Positions 55,579 through 64,000 of a DNA stretch of 64,000 nt are shown piece after piece; within the stretch, counting starts at the first letter, position 1; every line of letters begins with the position of its first letter. Source of the DNA: an uncultured Chloroflexia bacterium (lineage in GTDB: Bacteria > Chloroflexota > Anaerolineae > CG2-30-64-16); the NCBI GenBank assembly GCA_963774265.1, contig CAVZDU010000006.1:96001-160000 (forward strand), in the 5' to 3' direction. The notes under the pieces were generated by a model. It did not search any database and had not been told where the DNA came from. It saw nothing but the letters and a program-made list of their open reading frames with translations. The translations under genes were made by a program, and so were the position numbers.

Positions 55579-56323
55579 CCAGATACGCTTCCTTCACTTT
55601 CGGGTTCCCGAGCAGCTCCGGGCCGGTGCCGGCCAGGATGATCGTGCCCGTCTCGAGGACGTAGCCGCGATGCGCGGCCCGCAACGCCATGTAGGCGTTT
55701 TGTTCCACCAACAAGATCGTCCGGCCGGCCTGGTTGAGGTCCGTCACCACCCGAAAGATTTCACGTACCAACACAGGCGCCAACCCCATCGAGGGCTCAT
55801 CAAGCAGCAGCGTCTGCCCGCGGCTCATCAGCGCGCGGCCCACCGCCAGCATCTGCTGCTCACCGCCCGACAGGGTGCCGCCGAGCTGTTTTTTGCGCTC
55901 GTCCAGCCGGGGGAAGATCCCGAAGACCCGCTCGTAGTCTTTTTTGATCTCGGCCTTGTCCCGGCGCTTCCAGGTGGCCAGTTTCAGGTTCTCCCACACC
56001 GTCAGGTTGCCGAAGATGCCGCGGCCTTCCGGGACCTGGGCCAGACCCGCCTCTACGATCCTATCGGCCGGGACGCGACGTAGATCCTGGCCGCGGTAGG
56101 TGATCTGCCCGGTATAGGATGTCACGCCGGAGATCGCGCGCAGCGTCGAGGACTTGCCCGCACCGTTCGCGCCGATCAGGGTGACAATTTCGCCCTCGCG
56201 GACATCGAAAGTGATGCCCTTGACGGCCGCGATGTTGCCGTAAGAGACCTTGAGATCGTGGACCGCCAGCACAACACCGCGACCTGCATGCAGGTCGTCG
56301 CGAATTGCGATTCGTTCGCTCAT
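55571..56323 (-). CDS. livF: Branched-chain amino acid ABC transporter ATPase
   Basis: GANGAGKS, QVPEGR, LSGGEQQM, DEPSMGLAP, VEQNA. Confidence 0.95.
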   Translation of the reverse strand: MSERIAIRDDLHAGRGVVLAVHDLKVSYGNIAAVKGITFDVREGEIVTLIGANGAGKSSTLRAISGVTSYTGQITYRGQDLRRVPADRIVEAGLAQVPEGRGIFGNLTVWENLKLATWKRRDKAEIKKDYERVFGIFPRLDERKKQLGGTLSGGEQQMLAVGRALMSRGQTLLLDEPSMGLAPVLVREIFRVVTDLNQAGRTILLVEQNAYMALRAAHRGYVLETGTIILAGTGPELLGNPKVKEAYLGG

Positions 56324-57126
56324 TCCATCGCCTCCTCGCCCAGGTACGCTTCCAGCACCTTCGGGTTGTTCTGGATTTCGTGAGGCAGCCCCTCAGCGAT
56401 GGTCGCACCGAAGTCCAGCACCTTGATCCGCTCGCAGATGCCCATCACGAGGCGCATCTGATGCTCGATCAGGATAATCGTCAGATCAAACTCGCGGCGC
56501 ACCCACTGAATGAAATCCATGAGCTGGTTGATTTCCTTGGGGTTCATGCCTGCGGCCGGTTCATCCAACAACAGCAGCTTGGGGCGGGTGGCCAGGGCGC
56601 GGGCGATCTCCAGACGGCGCTGCGAGCCGTAGGGGAGGTTCTTGGCCTGATCATCGGCAAGGCCGTCGAGCTTAAAGGCTGCCAGCAGCGCCATGGCGTT
56701 TTCGGTGATCCGCCGTTCCTCGGACCCGTAACGGCCGGCGTGGAACAATGCTTCGACCGGGCTGTAGCCGACCAATGAGTAATGGGCCGTGCGGACGTTG
56801 TCCAGCACGGTCATGTCCTTGAACAGGCGGATCGTCTGGAAGGTGCGGGCGATACCCAGCCGGGTGATCTGGTTGGGTGTCCTGCCGATCAGCTCCTTGC
56901 CGCGCCCGGCGCCGGCGCCGTTGAAGACGATGCTGCCCTTGGATGCGCGATAGACACCCGTGATCAGGTTGAAGATGGTGGTCTTGCCCGCACCGTTGGG
57001 ACCGATGATGCCCACCAACTCCCCGGGTACCAGGTCGAGATCGAACCCCGAGACTGCGCACAGCCCGCCGAAGTAGTGGGTGACGCCCTTAGCCTGCAGC
57101 AAGAGGTTGTCGCCGTTAGCGGACAT
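56320..57126 (-). CDS. livG: Branched-chain amino acid ABC transporter ATPase
   Basis: GPNGAGKTT, ARTFQ, LPYGSQRRLE, DEPAAGMN. Confidence 0.95.
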   Translation of the reverse strand: MSANGDNLLLQAKGVTHYFGGLCAVSGFDLDLVPGELVGIIGPNGAGKTTIFNLITGVYRASKGSIVFNGAGAGRGKELIGRTPNQITRLGIARTFQTIRLFKDMTVLDNVRTAHYSLVGYSPVEALFHAGRYGSEERRITENAMALLAAFKLDGLADDQAKNLPYGSQRRLEIARALATRPKLLLLDEPAAGMNPKEINQLMDFIQWVRREFDLTIILIEHQMRLVMGICERIKVLDFGATIAEGLPHEIQNNPKVLEAYLGEEAME

Positions 57127-58177
57127 TGGCCACCTCCTGCTCTGCGGCGCCGGCCCCTGCATGCACCCGGCGCCAGAGCCGGCTGGCGATCAGGTCGTAG
57201 CCGGGCACGAACCAGCGAATCTCGCGCAGCCCCATGATCCCGCGCGGCCGGTAGATCATCAGGAGCACCAGGACCAACGGCATGAGAACCATGCGCCAGA
57301 CGCCGAGCGGCCGCAGCACCTCCAGCAGCACCGTGTAGATCGTCGCGCCGATGATCGAGCCGGCGATGGAGCCGATGCCGCCCAGGTAGACCATAATCAG
57401 AATATCGGTGGATTTGATGATATCGAACACGCGCGGGTTGATGAATTGGAGGACGTGCGCGAAGAGCCCGCCTGCAACGCCCGTAAAGAAGGCGGAGATG
57501 GTGAACGCCAGCAGCTTGACTCGCTTCGTGTCCACCCCCATCAGGTCGCTAGCGATTTCGTCCTCGCGGATCGAGATCACCCCCCGGCCATAGTTGGAGT
57601 AGATGAAGTTGCGGATCACCCAGAGCGTGATCACCACGCAAACGAACGTCCACGGCAGGGTGGTGAGCTTTGACATACCCAGGAAGCCGCGCGGCCCGCC
57701 GATCGCCTCGATGTTCTCGATGACAGATTTGACGATCATCAGGAACGCCAGCGTCACGATGGCCAGGTAATCGCCGCGCGTCTTGAACGAAGGCAGCGCG
57801 ACGATCAATCCGGCCAGCGCGGCCGCCAGCCCGCCCGCGATCAGAGCTACCGGAAACAAGAAGGCTTGGGCGCTCGCAGGAAAAACGCGCACGGTCAGGA
57901 TTGAAGCGACGTAAGCCCCGACGGCCATGAACCCGGCGTGGCCCACGGAGAACTCGCCCATGTAGCCGTTGACCAGGTTCAGGCTGGTGGTCAGGATGAT
58001 GTTGATCCCCACGTACATGAGGATCAGTTGCACGTATTGATCGAGCAAGCCCAGTGTGGGGATGGCGAAGGACAGGATCAGACCGGCGGCCAGCAGGATC
58101 GGCAGCAGCCGGCGGTTTGCCGCCAGCGCCTCCCAGCGTGCGCCCCAGGGCTTTTTCGTTGAAGGTAGCGTTGTCAT
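57116..58177 (-). CDS. livM: Branched-chain amino acid ABC transporter permease
   Basis: SLNLVNGYMGEFSVGHAGF, RGDYLAIVTLAF, SIREDEIA. Confidence 0.93.
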   Translation of the reverse strand: MTTLPSTKKPWGARWEALAANRRLLPILLAAGLILSFAIPTLGLLDQYVQLILMYVGINIILTTSLNLVNGYMGEFSVGHAGFMAVGAYVASILTVRVFPASAQAFLFPVALIAGGLAAALAGLIVALPSFKTRGDYLAIVTLAFLMIVKSVIENIEAIGGPRGFLGMSKLTTLPWTFVCVVITLWVIRNFIYSNYGRGVISIREDEIASDLMGVDTKRVKLLAFTISAFFTGVAGGLFAHVLQFINPRVFDIIKSTDILIMVYLGGIGSIAGSIIGATIYTVLLEVLRPLGVWRMVLMPLVLVLLMIYRPRGIMGLREIRWFVPGYDLIASRLWRRVHAGAGAAEQEVANVR

Positions 58178-58179
58178 CG

Positions 58180-59057
58180 TTACACCTTCTGCGGCCGCGG
58201 TTTGCCCAGGATCCCGTACGGCCGGAAGATGAGCAAGATCAGCAGGAGCGCGAACGCCACGAAATCGCGGTAGGTGGACCGGACCATATCGCTGCCACGA
58301 ATATCTCCACCGCGCCCAGGATGAACCCGCCGATCATCGCCCCGCGAATGTTGCCGATGCCGCCCACCACCGCTGCGATGAACGCCTTCCAGCCGATGAT
58401 GATGCCCATGTAGGGATCAATCACCGGGAACGCCAGGCTGTACATAGTGCCGGCCGCCGCGCCCAGGCTGGTGCCGATGGCGAAGGTGATCGAGATGACC
58501 GTGTTCAGCGGCACGCCCATCAACGGCACGATGGTCTTGTCCCACGAGATCGCGCGCATCGCCATCCCTACCATCGTCCGACTCACGATGAAGTCCAGCA
58601 GCAGCATCAATCCGATAGAGAGCAAGATGATCAGGACCTGCAGGAATGAGATGGAGACGCCCCCTACGTTCCAGACGATGTTCGGGATCAGCTGCGGGAT
58701 GTGCTCAGGGTAGGGATCGAGCGCCAGGGTGAAGTTCTCGAGGAAGATGCCGACCCCCAGCGCCGTGATGATGGCCGACACGCGCGGGGCCTGCCGCAGC
58801 GGCTTGTAGGCCAGCCGCTCGATCATGACCCCCAGCAGCGCCACGGCAAACATGGAGACCAGCAGGGTCGGCACGAAAGAGAGCTTGAGTATCGCCGCAG
58901 CCACAAAGCAAACGAACGCGCCCACCATGAACAGATCGCCGTGGGCGAAGTTGATCATGGTCAGGATGCCATAGACCATGGTGTAGCCCAGCGCGATCAG
59001 CGCGTAGATGCTGCCCAATTGGAGGGCATTGAGAGACTGTTGCAGGAAATAGGTCAT
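58180..59057 (-). CDS. livH: Branched-chain amino acid ABC transporter permease; frameshift near 58280
   Basis: GSIYALIALGYTMVYGILTMINFAHG, KAFIAAVVGGIG; RPYGILGK in the shifted frame. Confidence 0.93.
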
Positions 59058-59069
59058 CGTGGGGCCTCA

Positions 59070-59210
59070 GGGGTGACGAGGTAACGAGGCGACACGGAGT
59101 GACACAGAGACGGGGAAACCGAGAGACACGGAGACAGGGCGATGGCATGCGCTGCACACATCACCGTGTCACCGTGTCTCCACTTCACCGTGTCACCCTG
59201 TCACCGCGTC
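59070..59210. repeat. Opposed arrays of degenerate 8-bp repeats (GACACGGA/GTGACACG versus TCACCGTG)
   Basis: The left arm GTGACGAGGTAACGAGGCGACACGGAGTGACACAGAGACG.. is complementary to the right arm TCACCGTGTCACCGTGTCTCC..TCACCGTGTCACCCTGTCACCGCGTCA. Confidence 0.75.
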
Positions 59211-59216
59211 AGCGTG

Positions 59217-60389
59217 TTACGGGTTGGCGTTCGCGAACCAGACGAACTTGTCGCCCTTGATCTGCAGGATTACGGCGCTCTTGATGGGGTCGCCGGAACC
59301 TTCCTGGAACTTCATGTTGCCGGTCACACCCTCGTAGCTCGGCACCTTGGCCAGCGCGTCGCGCACAGCCTGGCGGTCGACCTTGCCGGCGCTCTTGAGC
59401 GCGGTCCACAGCAGACCAAAAGCGTCGTAGGTCAGCGCGGCCACGTCGTCCGGAGTGGTGCCATACTTGGCCTTGTAGCCGTCAATGAACTTCTTGGCGA
59501 TCGGTGTGGCGATGTCGGCTGCGTAGTGCGTGCTGAAGTAGTAGCCCTCGCAGTCGGTGCCGCACAACTTGATCAGTTCCGCGCTGCCCCACGAGTCGCT
59601 GCCCACGAACGGCGCGGTGATGCCCAGGCGCTTGGCCTGCTGGATCTGCAGTGGCACTTCGCTGTAGTAGTTGGGCAGGAAGACCACGTCCGGCGCAGCG
59701 TCCTTGATCTTGGTGAGCTGGGCCGAGAAGTCCTTGTCGTTAGTGGTGTAGGTCTCGAAGGCTACCACCGTGCCGCCGTTCGCCTCGAAGCTCGCCTTGA
59801 AGACGTCGGCGATGCCCTTGTTGTATTCCGACGCCACGTCATACAGCACCGCGGCTTTTTTGGCCTTCAGGTCGTTCAGCGCGAATTTGGCGACCACCTG
59901 GCCCTGGAATGGGTCGATGAAGCAGGCGCGGAACACGTACTTCTTTGACGCATTGGTCTTCGCGTCCAGAGTCAGCTTGGCGTTGGTGGACCACGGGCTG
60001 ATCAGGACGACCTTCGAGCTTTCGGCAATTTCGGATGCGGGGATGGCGTAGCGACTGGCGTTGGGGCCGATGATCGCCACCACATTCTGCTGGGTGATGA
60101 GCTTCTGCGCGGCGGCAGCCGATTGGTCGGCCTTGCCAGCATTGTCCTCGATGAAGAACTCGATCTGATACTTCTTGCCGCCGACTTCGAGCCCCCCGGC
60201 GTCGTTGATCTCCTTCACCGCTATTTCAGCGGCGTTCTTGAACGAAGCACCCACGGCCGGGATGTCGCCTGTCAGCTCACCGATGCCGCCAACCTTGATG
60301 GTCTGTGGCGTACTTGCGGCCGGAGCGCACCCCGTCAGGACCAGGCTGATGATCGTCAGCACGACCACTGCAAAAGACACTCTTCTCAT
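59217..60389 (-). CDS. livK: Branched-chain amino acid ABC transporter substrate-binding lipoprotein
   Basis: Lipobox LTGC; EINDAGG, FRACFIDPFQG, DKDFSAQLTKI, GSDSWG, ALTYDA. Confidence 0.92.
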   Translation of the reverse strand: MRRVSFAVVVLTIISLVLTGCAPAASTPQTIKVGGIGELTGDIPAVGASFKNAAEIAVKEINDAGGLEVGGKKYQIEFFIEDNAGKADQSAAAAQKLITQQNVVAIIGPNASRYAIPASEIAESSKVVLISPWSTNAKLTLDAKTNASKKYVFRACFIDPFQGQVVAKFALNDLKAKKAAVLYDVASEYNKGIADVFKASFEANGGTVVAFETYTTNDKDFSAQLTKIKDAAPDVVFLPNYYSEVPLQIQQAKRLGITAPFVGSDSWGSAELIKLCGTDCEGYYFSTHYAADIATPIAKKFIDGYKAKYGTTPDDVAALTYDAFGLLWTALKSAGKVDRQAVRDALAKVPSYEGVTGNMKFQEGSGDPIKSAVILQIKGDKFVWFANANP

Positions 60390-60559
60390 GGATTCCTCCC
60401 TTTGACTTTGCTGAGAGTTGGAATGGAACGGTCAACTAGAGAAAATCGGCGGTGCGAGGAACGGGTCACCCCTTCATGAAACGAAGTAGCTTCACCTCCC
60501 CACGCAATTGACAGATGCCCAGCCAGGGAGCCGCGGCGAACGAACCACTGTAGAACTCA

Positions 60560-60588
60560 AGTCTAGTTGATTGCCGGCGGTATGTCAA
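60560..60588 (-). promoter_or_regulatory. Putative sigma70 promoter of the liv-alr operon
   Basis: Minus strand TTGACA-17 nt-TAGACT, implying a leader of about 165 nt. Confidence 0.55.
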
Positions 60589-60787
60589 ACCGCGATTCCC
60601 TGGCGGACCCGGCTAACCATGCACAAGCCTCCGGTTTCTGGTGAAGTGTCGTAGCTATAACCACCGGTCCGAGCTCAGGCCCTGCGCCCAGGGCCGTCGC
60701 GGTTGCGGGACCCTCCTCTTGTATGGTACAGTACCCTCGCTGTTCCGCATGCCACACTCAACGCGGTTTATGTCAAGGAGGACATGA

Positions 60788-61951
60788 GTGGCTCTTCCAC
60801 AGCTCTTCGAGTTCTACGTGCGGCCGCGCATCCTCTACGGCCCTCGCAGCGTGCGTGAAGTTGGCTTCGAGGCGAAGAAACTCGGCTGCACGTGCGCGGT
60901 GATTGTCACCGACAGGGTGTTGCATCAGGCGGGGTTAGCGCAGAAGGTCGTCGACGGCCTCGCGGGGTCCGGCGTGACGCTGGGCGGCATCTTCGATGAT
61001 GTGCCGCCCAACTCCGAAGTGGGTGTCGTACAAAGGGGCGCAGACTTCGCACGCGATGCCGGCTGCGATCTCCTGATCGCTCTGGGCGGCGGCAGTGTGA
61101 TGGACACCGCGAAGGGAATGAACGTGCTGCTGTCCGAGGGAGGCAGCCTGCTCGACTACGAAGGCGCCGGCCTCCTCACCCGTCCCCTCCGTCCCCTCAT
61201 CGCCATTCCCACCACCGCGGGCACAGGCAGCGAGGTCACCATCGCCGCGGTGATCCGGGACGAAGCCCAGGGGCTCAAGCTGGAGTTCAACAGCCCCTTC
61301 ATGATGCCGGACGTCGCGATCCTGGACCCGGAGCTGACCCTCTCCCTGCCCCCCGGCCTCACCGCGGCCACGGGGATGGATGCGCTGACGCACGCCATCG
61401 AGTCCTACGTTTCCACCGGGACACAGCCGTTGAGCGACGCAATGGCCATCGGCGCCATTAAGATGATCTCGGCAAACCTGCGCCAGGCCGTGCACCACGG
61501 CGAGGACCTGGAGGCACGCGGCAACATGCTGCTGGCCGCCAACATGGCAGGGATCGCGTTCAGCAACTCTCTGTGTGGCATCGTGCACGCCATGGCGCAC
61601 CCGTGTGGCGGCCGTTACGGTGTGCCGCACGGGGTCGCCAACAGCATCCTCCTGCCCTACGGCATGGAGTACAATCAGCCGGCCTGCGCCTCGCGGCTGG
61701 CTGACGTGGCCGCCGCGCTGGGCGTCGACACGCGCGGGATGGACGACGATGCCGCGGCGGCCGCCGGCATTGAGGCCGTGCGCCAGTTGGCGCGCGACTG
61801 CAGTCTGCCCACCCGCTTGTCGGAGGTCGGCGTGCCCCACGATGGCCTGGCACAGCTGGCCGAGGACTCGCAAGGCGACGCCATGATGATGACCAATCCG
61901 GTGTATGCAGGCGAGGAGGATGTCCTCGCGCTGTACGAGGCCGCGTACTGA
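60788..61951 (+). CDS. Iron-containing alcohol dehydrogenase
   Basis: ALGGGSVMDTAK, IPTTAGTGSE, GMDALTHAIE, HAMAH..PHG. Confidence 0.95.
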   Translation: MALPQLFEFYVRPRILYGPRSVREVGFEAKKLGCTCAVIVTDRVLHQAGLAQKVVDGLAGSGVTLGGIFDDVPPNSEVGVVQRGADFARDAGCDLLIALGGGSVMDTAKGMNVLLSEGGSLLDYEGAGLLTRPLRPLIAIPTTAGTGSEVTIAAVIRDEAQGLKLEFNSPFMMPDVAILDPELTLSLPPGLTAATGMDALTHAIESYVSTGTQPLSDAMAIGAIKMISANLRQAVHHGEDLEARGNMLLAANMAGIAFSNSLCGIVHAMAHPCGGRYGVPHGVANSILLPYGMEYNQPACASRLADVAAALGVDTRGMDDDAAAAAGIEAVRQLARDCSLPTRLSEVGVPHDGLAQLAEDSQGDAMMMTNPVYAGEEDVLALYEAAY

Positions 61952-61966
61952 CCCAGGCGCCACCCC

Positions 61967-61999
61967 AGGTGCCCGGCACTTGGGAAGTGCCGGGCACCT
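61967..61999. repeat. REP-like palindromic element, copy 2
   Basis: AGGTGCCCGGCACTT-GGG-AAGTGCCGGGCACCT. Confidence 0.85.
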
Positions 62000-62022
62000 T
62001 ACTACACAATAAGGAGAATCTC

Positions 62023-62436
62023 ATGCCAGTTTTCAAAGATGCCGAACAACTCTACGATTGCCTCGGCGCCGTCCTGGAGTACTTGCGAGACAATGAATCA
62101 GTGGCCACCGCGTTACTCAAGTCCGGCCTGGTTATCCGCTTCAAGTACAGCGACCCCGAGAGCGAAATCACCATCGATGGCAGCCGGGATCCCATCGAGC
62201 TCTTCCGCGGTCCCTGCGACCGCACACCGATCGTGGACATGGCGATGTCGGCCGATACGGCGCACCAGTTCTGGCTGGGCAAAGTGAACCTCGTCGCGGC
62301 CCTCACCCGAGGCGTCATGACCGCCAAAGGCCCCATTCCGGCCATCATGAAGCTGCTGCCTGTGATCACACCGGCGTACAAGCAATATCCGGAAATCTTG
62401 CGAGCGAAGGGGCTGGAGAGCCTTATTAACGCGTAG
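62023..62436 (+). CDS. SCP2 sterol/lipid-binding domain protein
   Basis: AAGGAG RBS; MSADTAHQFWLGKVNLVAALTRGVMTAKGP SCP2 signature. Confidence 0.8.
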   Translation: MPVFKDAEQLYDCLGAVLEYLRDNESVATALLKSGLVIRFKYSDPESEITIDGSRDPIELFRGPCDRTPIVDMAMSADTAHQFWLGKVNLVAALTRGVMTAKGPIPAIMKLLPVITPAYKQYPEILRAKGLESLINA

Positions 62437-62447
62437 GAGAGTGTCTC

Positions 62448-64000
62448 ATGTACGGCTACGCTGGCAAATTGCTCGAAGTTGATCTGAGCGCCGGCACGCT
62501 GACCGAGATCGCGTTGGCGCCGGAGCCGGCGCGGGACTATATCGGGGGCAGCGGACTGGCGGCCCGGCTCTACCTGGACCACCTCGGTGGGCCGCCCTAT
62601 CCCGGTCCGCTCGACGCGGCCAGCCCCCTGATCGTGATGACCGGGCCGGTGGCGGGCCATCTGCTGCCGGGATCCAGCCGCTTCGCCATCTGCGGCCGTT
62701 CGCCCCAAACCGGTTTCTGGGGCGAGGCCAGCTGCGGCGGCTTCTTCGCGCCGGCACTGAAAGCGGCAGGGTATGATGGCCTGATCATCACCGGCGCGGC
62801 GGCCAGCCCGGTTTATCTGCTCGTCGAAAACGGCCGGGCCGAGCTGGTTGACGCGACCGACCTGTGGGGCCGCGACACCTACGAGACCGACGATGCCCTG
62901 AAGGCGCGCCATGGCGCCGCGGCCCGTACGCTGAGCATCGGCCCGGCAGGTGAAAACCTGGTGCGCTATGCTGCGGTCATCCACGATAAGGGGCACGCGG
63001 CCGGCCGCACCGGCATGGGCGCGGTGATGGGCAGCAAGCACTTGAAGGCAATCGTGGCGCTGGGCCGGGGCAAGCCGGTCGTGGCCGCGCCCGCGGCGCT
63101 CAAGCCGCTGCGCGAGGACGTTCTGGAGAAGCAGGGGGACAACCTCACGTCGCAGACCATCCAGGCTTTCGGCACCGACGGCGCGATGTACGTGGGTTCG
63201 CTGATGGGCGATGTGCCCTTCCGCAACTGGAGCATCGGCGAGTGGGATGACGACGCGATCCAGGCGCTGGACGGCGCTGTAATGCAGGAGACGATCCTCA
63301 CCGGCACGGGCACCTGCCATTCGTGCTCGGTGGCGTGCAAGCGCGTGGTCGCCGTGCCGGACGGGCCGTATCCCGTGGCGAAAGGCCCCGGCCCCGAATA
63401 CGAAACGGTGGCCGCGTTCGGGTCCATGACGCTGGTTTCGGACCTGAAGGCGATCGCCGCGGCCAACGACCGCTGTAATCGCTACGGGTTGGATACGATC
63501 TCGTGCGGCGCGACCATCGCATTCGCCATCGAAGCGACTGAGGCTGGGCTGCTGGAAAGCAACCTCAGCTGGGGGGATGCAGCGGGAATCCTCGATGCAG
63601 TGGATGCCATCGCCTATCGCCGCGGCATCGGCGATCTGCTGGCCGAAGGATCCGCGGCTGTCGCGGCCCGGCTCGGACCGGACGCGGCCCAGTTCGCGGT
63701 CACGGTCAAGGGGCTGGAGGTCGCCATGCACAGCCCGCGCACCTATCACGGCCTGGGACTCGGCTATGCCACCGCGCCGCGCGGCGCGTGCCACAACGCG
63801 GCCAACGTCTACCTGATGATGGGTGGCGTCCTCTACCCGGAGCTTGGCGTGGAGGGTGGACTGCCGGACCAGTCGAGCGAGGGCAAGGCGTTCGTCTCGG
63901 CCGTAGGGCAGGACTACGCATGCATCCAGAACGCGGCGAGCTTCTGCATGCTGAACAACCTCAACTTCACCGTGACACAGGTGGTCGAGGCGTTAGCCGC
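62448..64000 (+). CDS. aor: Aldehyde:ferredoxin oxidoreductase (W/Mo-bisPterin family), partial at the window edge
   Basis: Not in the ORF track because it has no stop. Manual translation: MYGYAGKLLEVDLS..YIGGSGL..SPQTG..LSIGPAGENLVRYA..AAGRTGMGAVMGSKHLKA..CHSCSVACKR..GPEYET..CNRYGLDTIS..VKGLE..RGACH. Confidence 0.93.
   Translation, partial: MYGYAGKLLEVDLSAGTLTEIALAPEPARDYIGGSGLAARLYLDHLGGPPYPGPLDAASPLIVMTGPVAGHLLPGSSRFAICGRSPQTGFWGEASCGGFFAPALKAAGYDGLIITGAAASPVYLLVENGRAELVDATDLWGRDTYETDDALKARHGAAARTLSIGPAGENLVRYAAVIHDKGHAAGRTGMGAVMGSKHLKAIVALGRGKPVVAAPAALKPLREDVLEKQGDNLTSQTIQAFGTDGAMYVGSLMGDVPFRNWSIGEWDDDAIQALDGAVMQETILTGTGTCHSCSVACKRVVAVPDGPYPVAKGPGPEYETVAAFGSMTLVSDLKAIAAANDRCNRYGLDTISCGATIAFAIEATEAGLLESNLSWGDAAGILDAVDAIAYRRGIGDLLAEGSAAVAARLGPDAAQFAVTVKGLEVAMHSPRTYHGLGLGYATAPRGACHNAANVYLMMGGVLYPELGVEGGLPDQSSEGKAFVSAVGQDYACIQNAASFCMLNNLNFTVTQVVEALA

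Noticed and set aside
62052-63794. 580-aa minus-strand ORF
   Set aside because: It is an antisense shadow of the SCP2 and AOR genes, which have clear motifs on the plus strand.

Overview
High-GC bacterial chromosome segment, most consistent with a Chloroflexota (Anaerolineae-like) genome. This is inferred from secreted proteins with [YF]LPx[VIM] motifs and Pro/Thr linkers, a GT-C membrane glycosyltransferase and GTGCC(G/C)GGCAC palindromes. Many conserved genes (purH, katG, perR, livH, DUF711, pullulanase) are broken by single-base indels, probably long-read assembly errors, so I report them as joined CDSs. Main contents: a complete single-gene IS66 element (2705-4144, 8-bp TSD); two giant secreted proteins (one FG-GAP-like with possible pore-forming hairpins, one with two vWA domains and a C39-like peptidase domain); a PiT/DUF47 phosphate module; an ~8 kb accessory island (DUF4928, 5'-truncated cytosine MTase and McrB fragments back to back, a DUF2357/PD-(D/E)XK nuclease, a CHC2-Toprim-AAA+ primase-helicase and a TubC_N-like protein); purH; a pullulanase/alpha-amylase fusion; perR-katG; alr plus a liv-type ABC operon; and an Fe-ADH/SCP2/AOR operon. 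The most striking unexplained structure is a perfect 36-bp inverted repeat with 8-bp iteron-like units inside the primase-helicase gene, with copies about 1.8 kb apart. No rRNA, tRNA or CRISPR array was seen.
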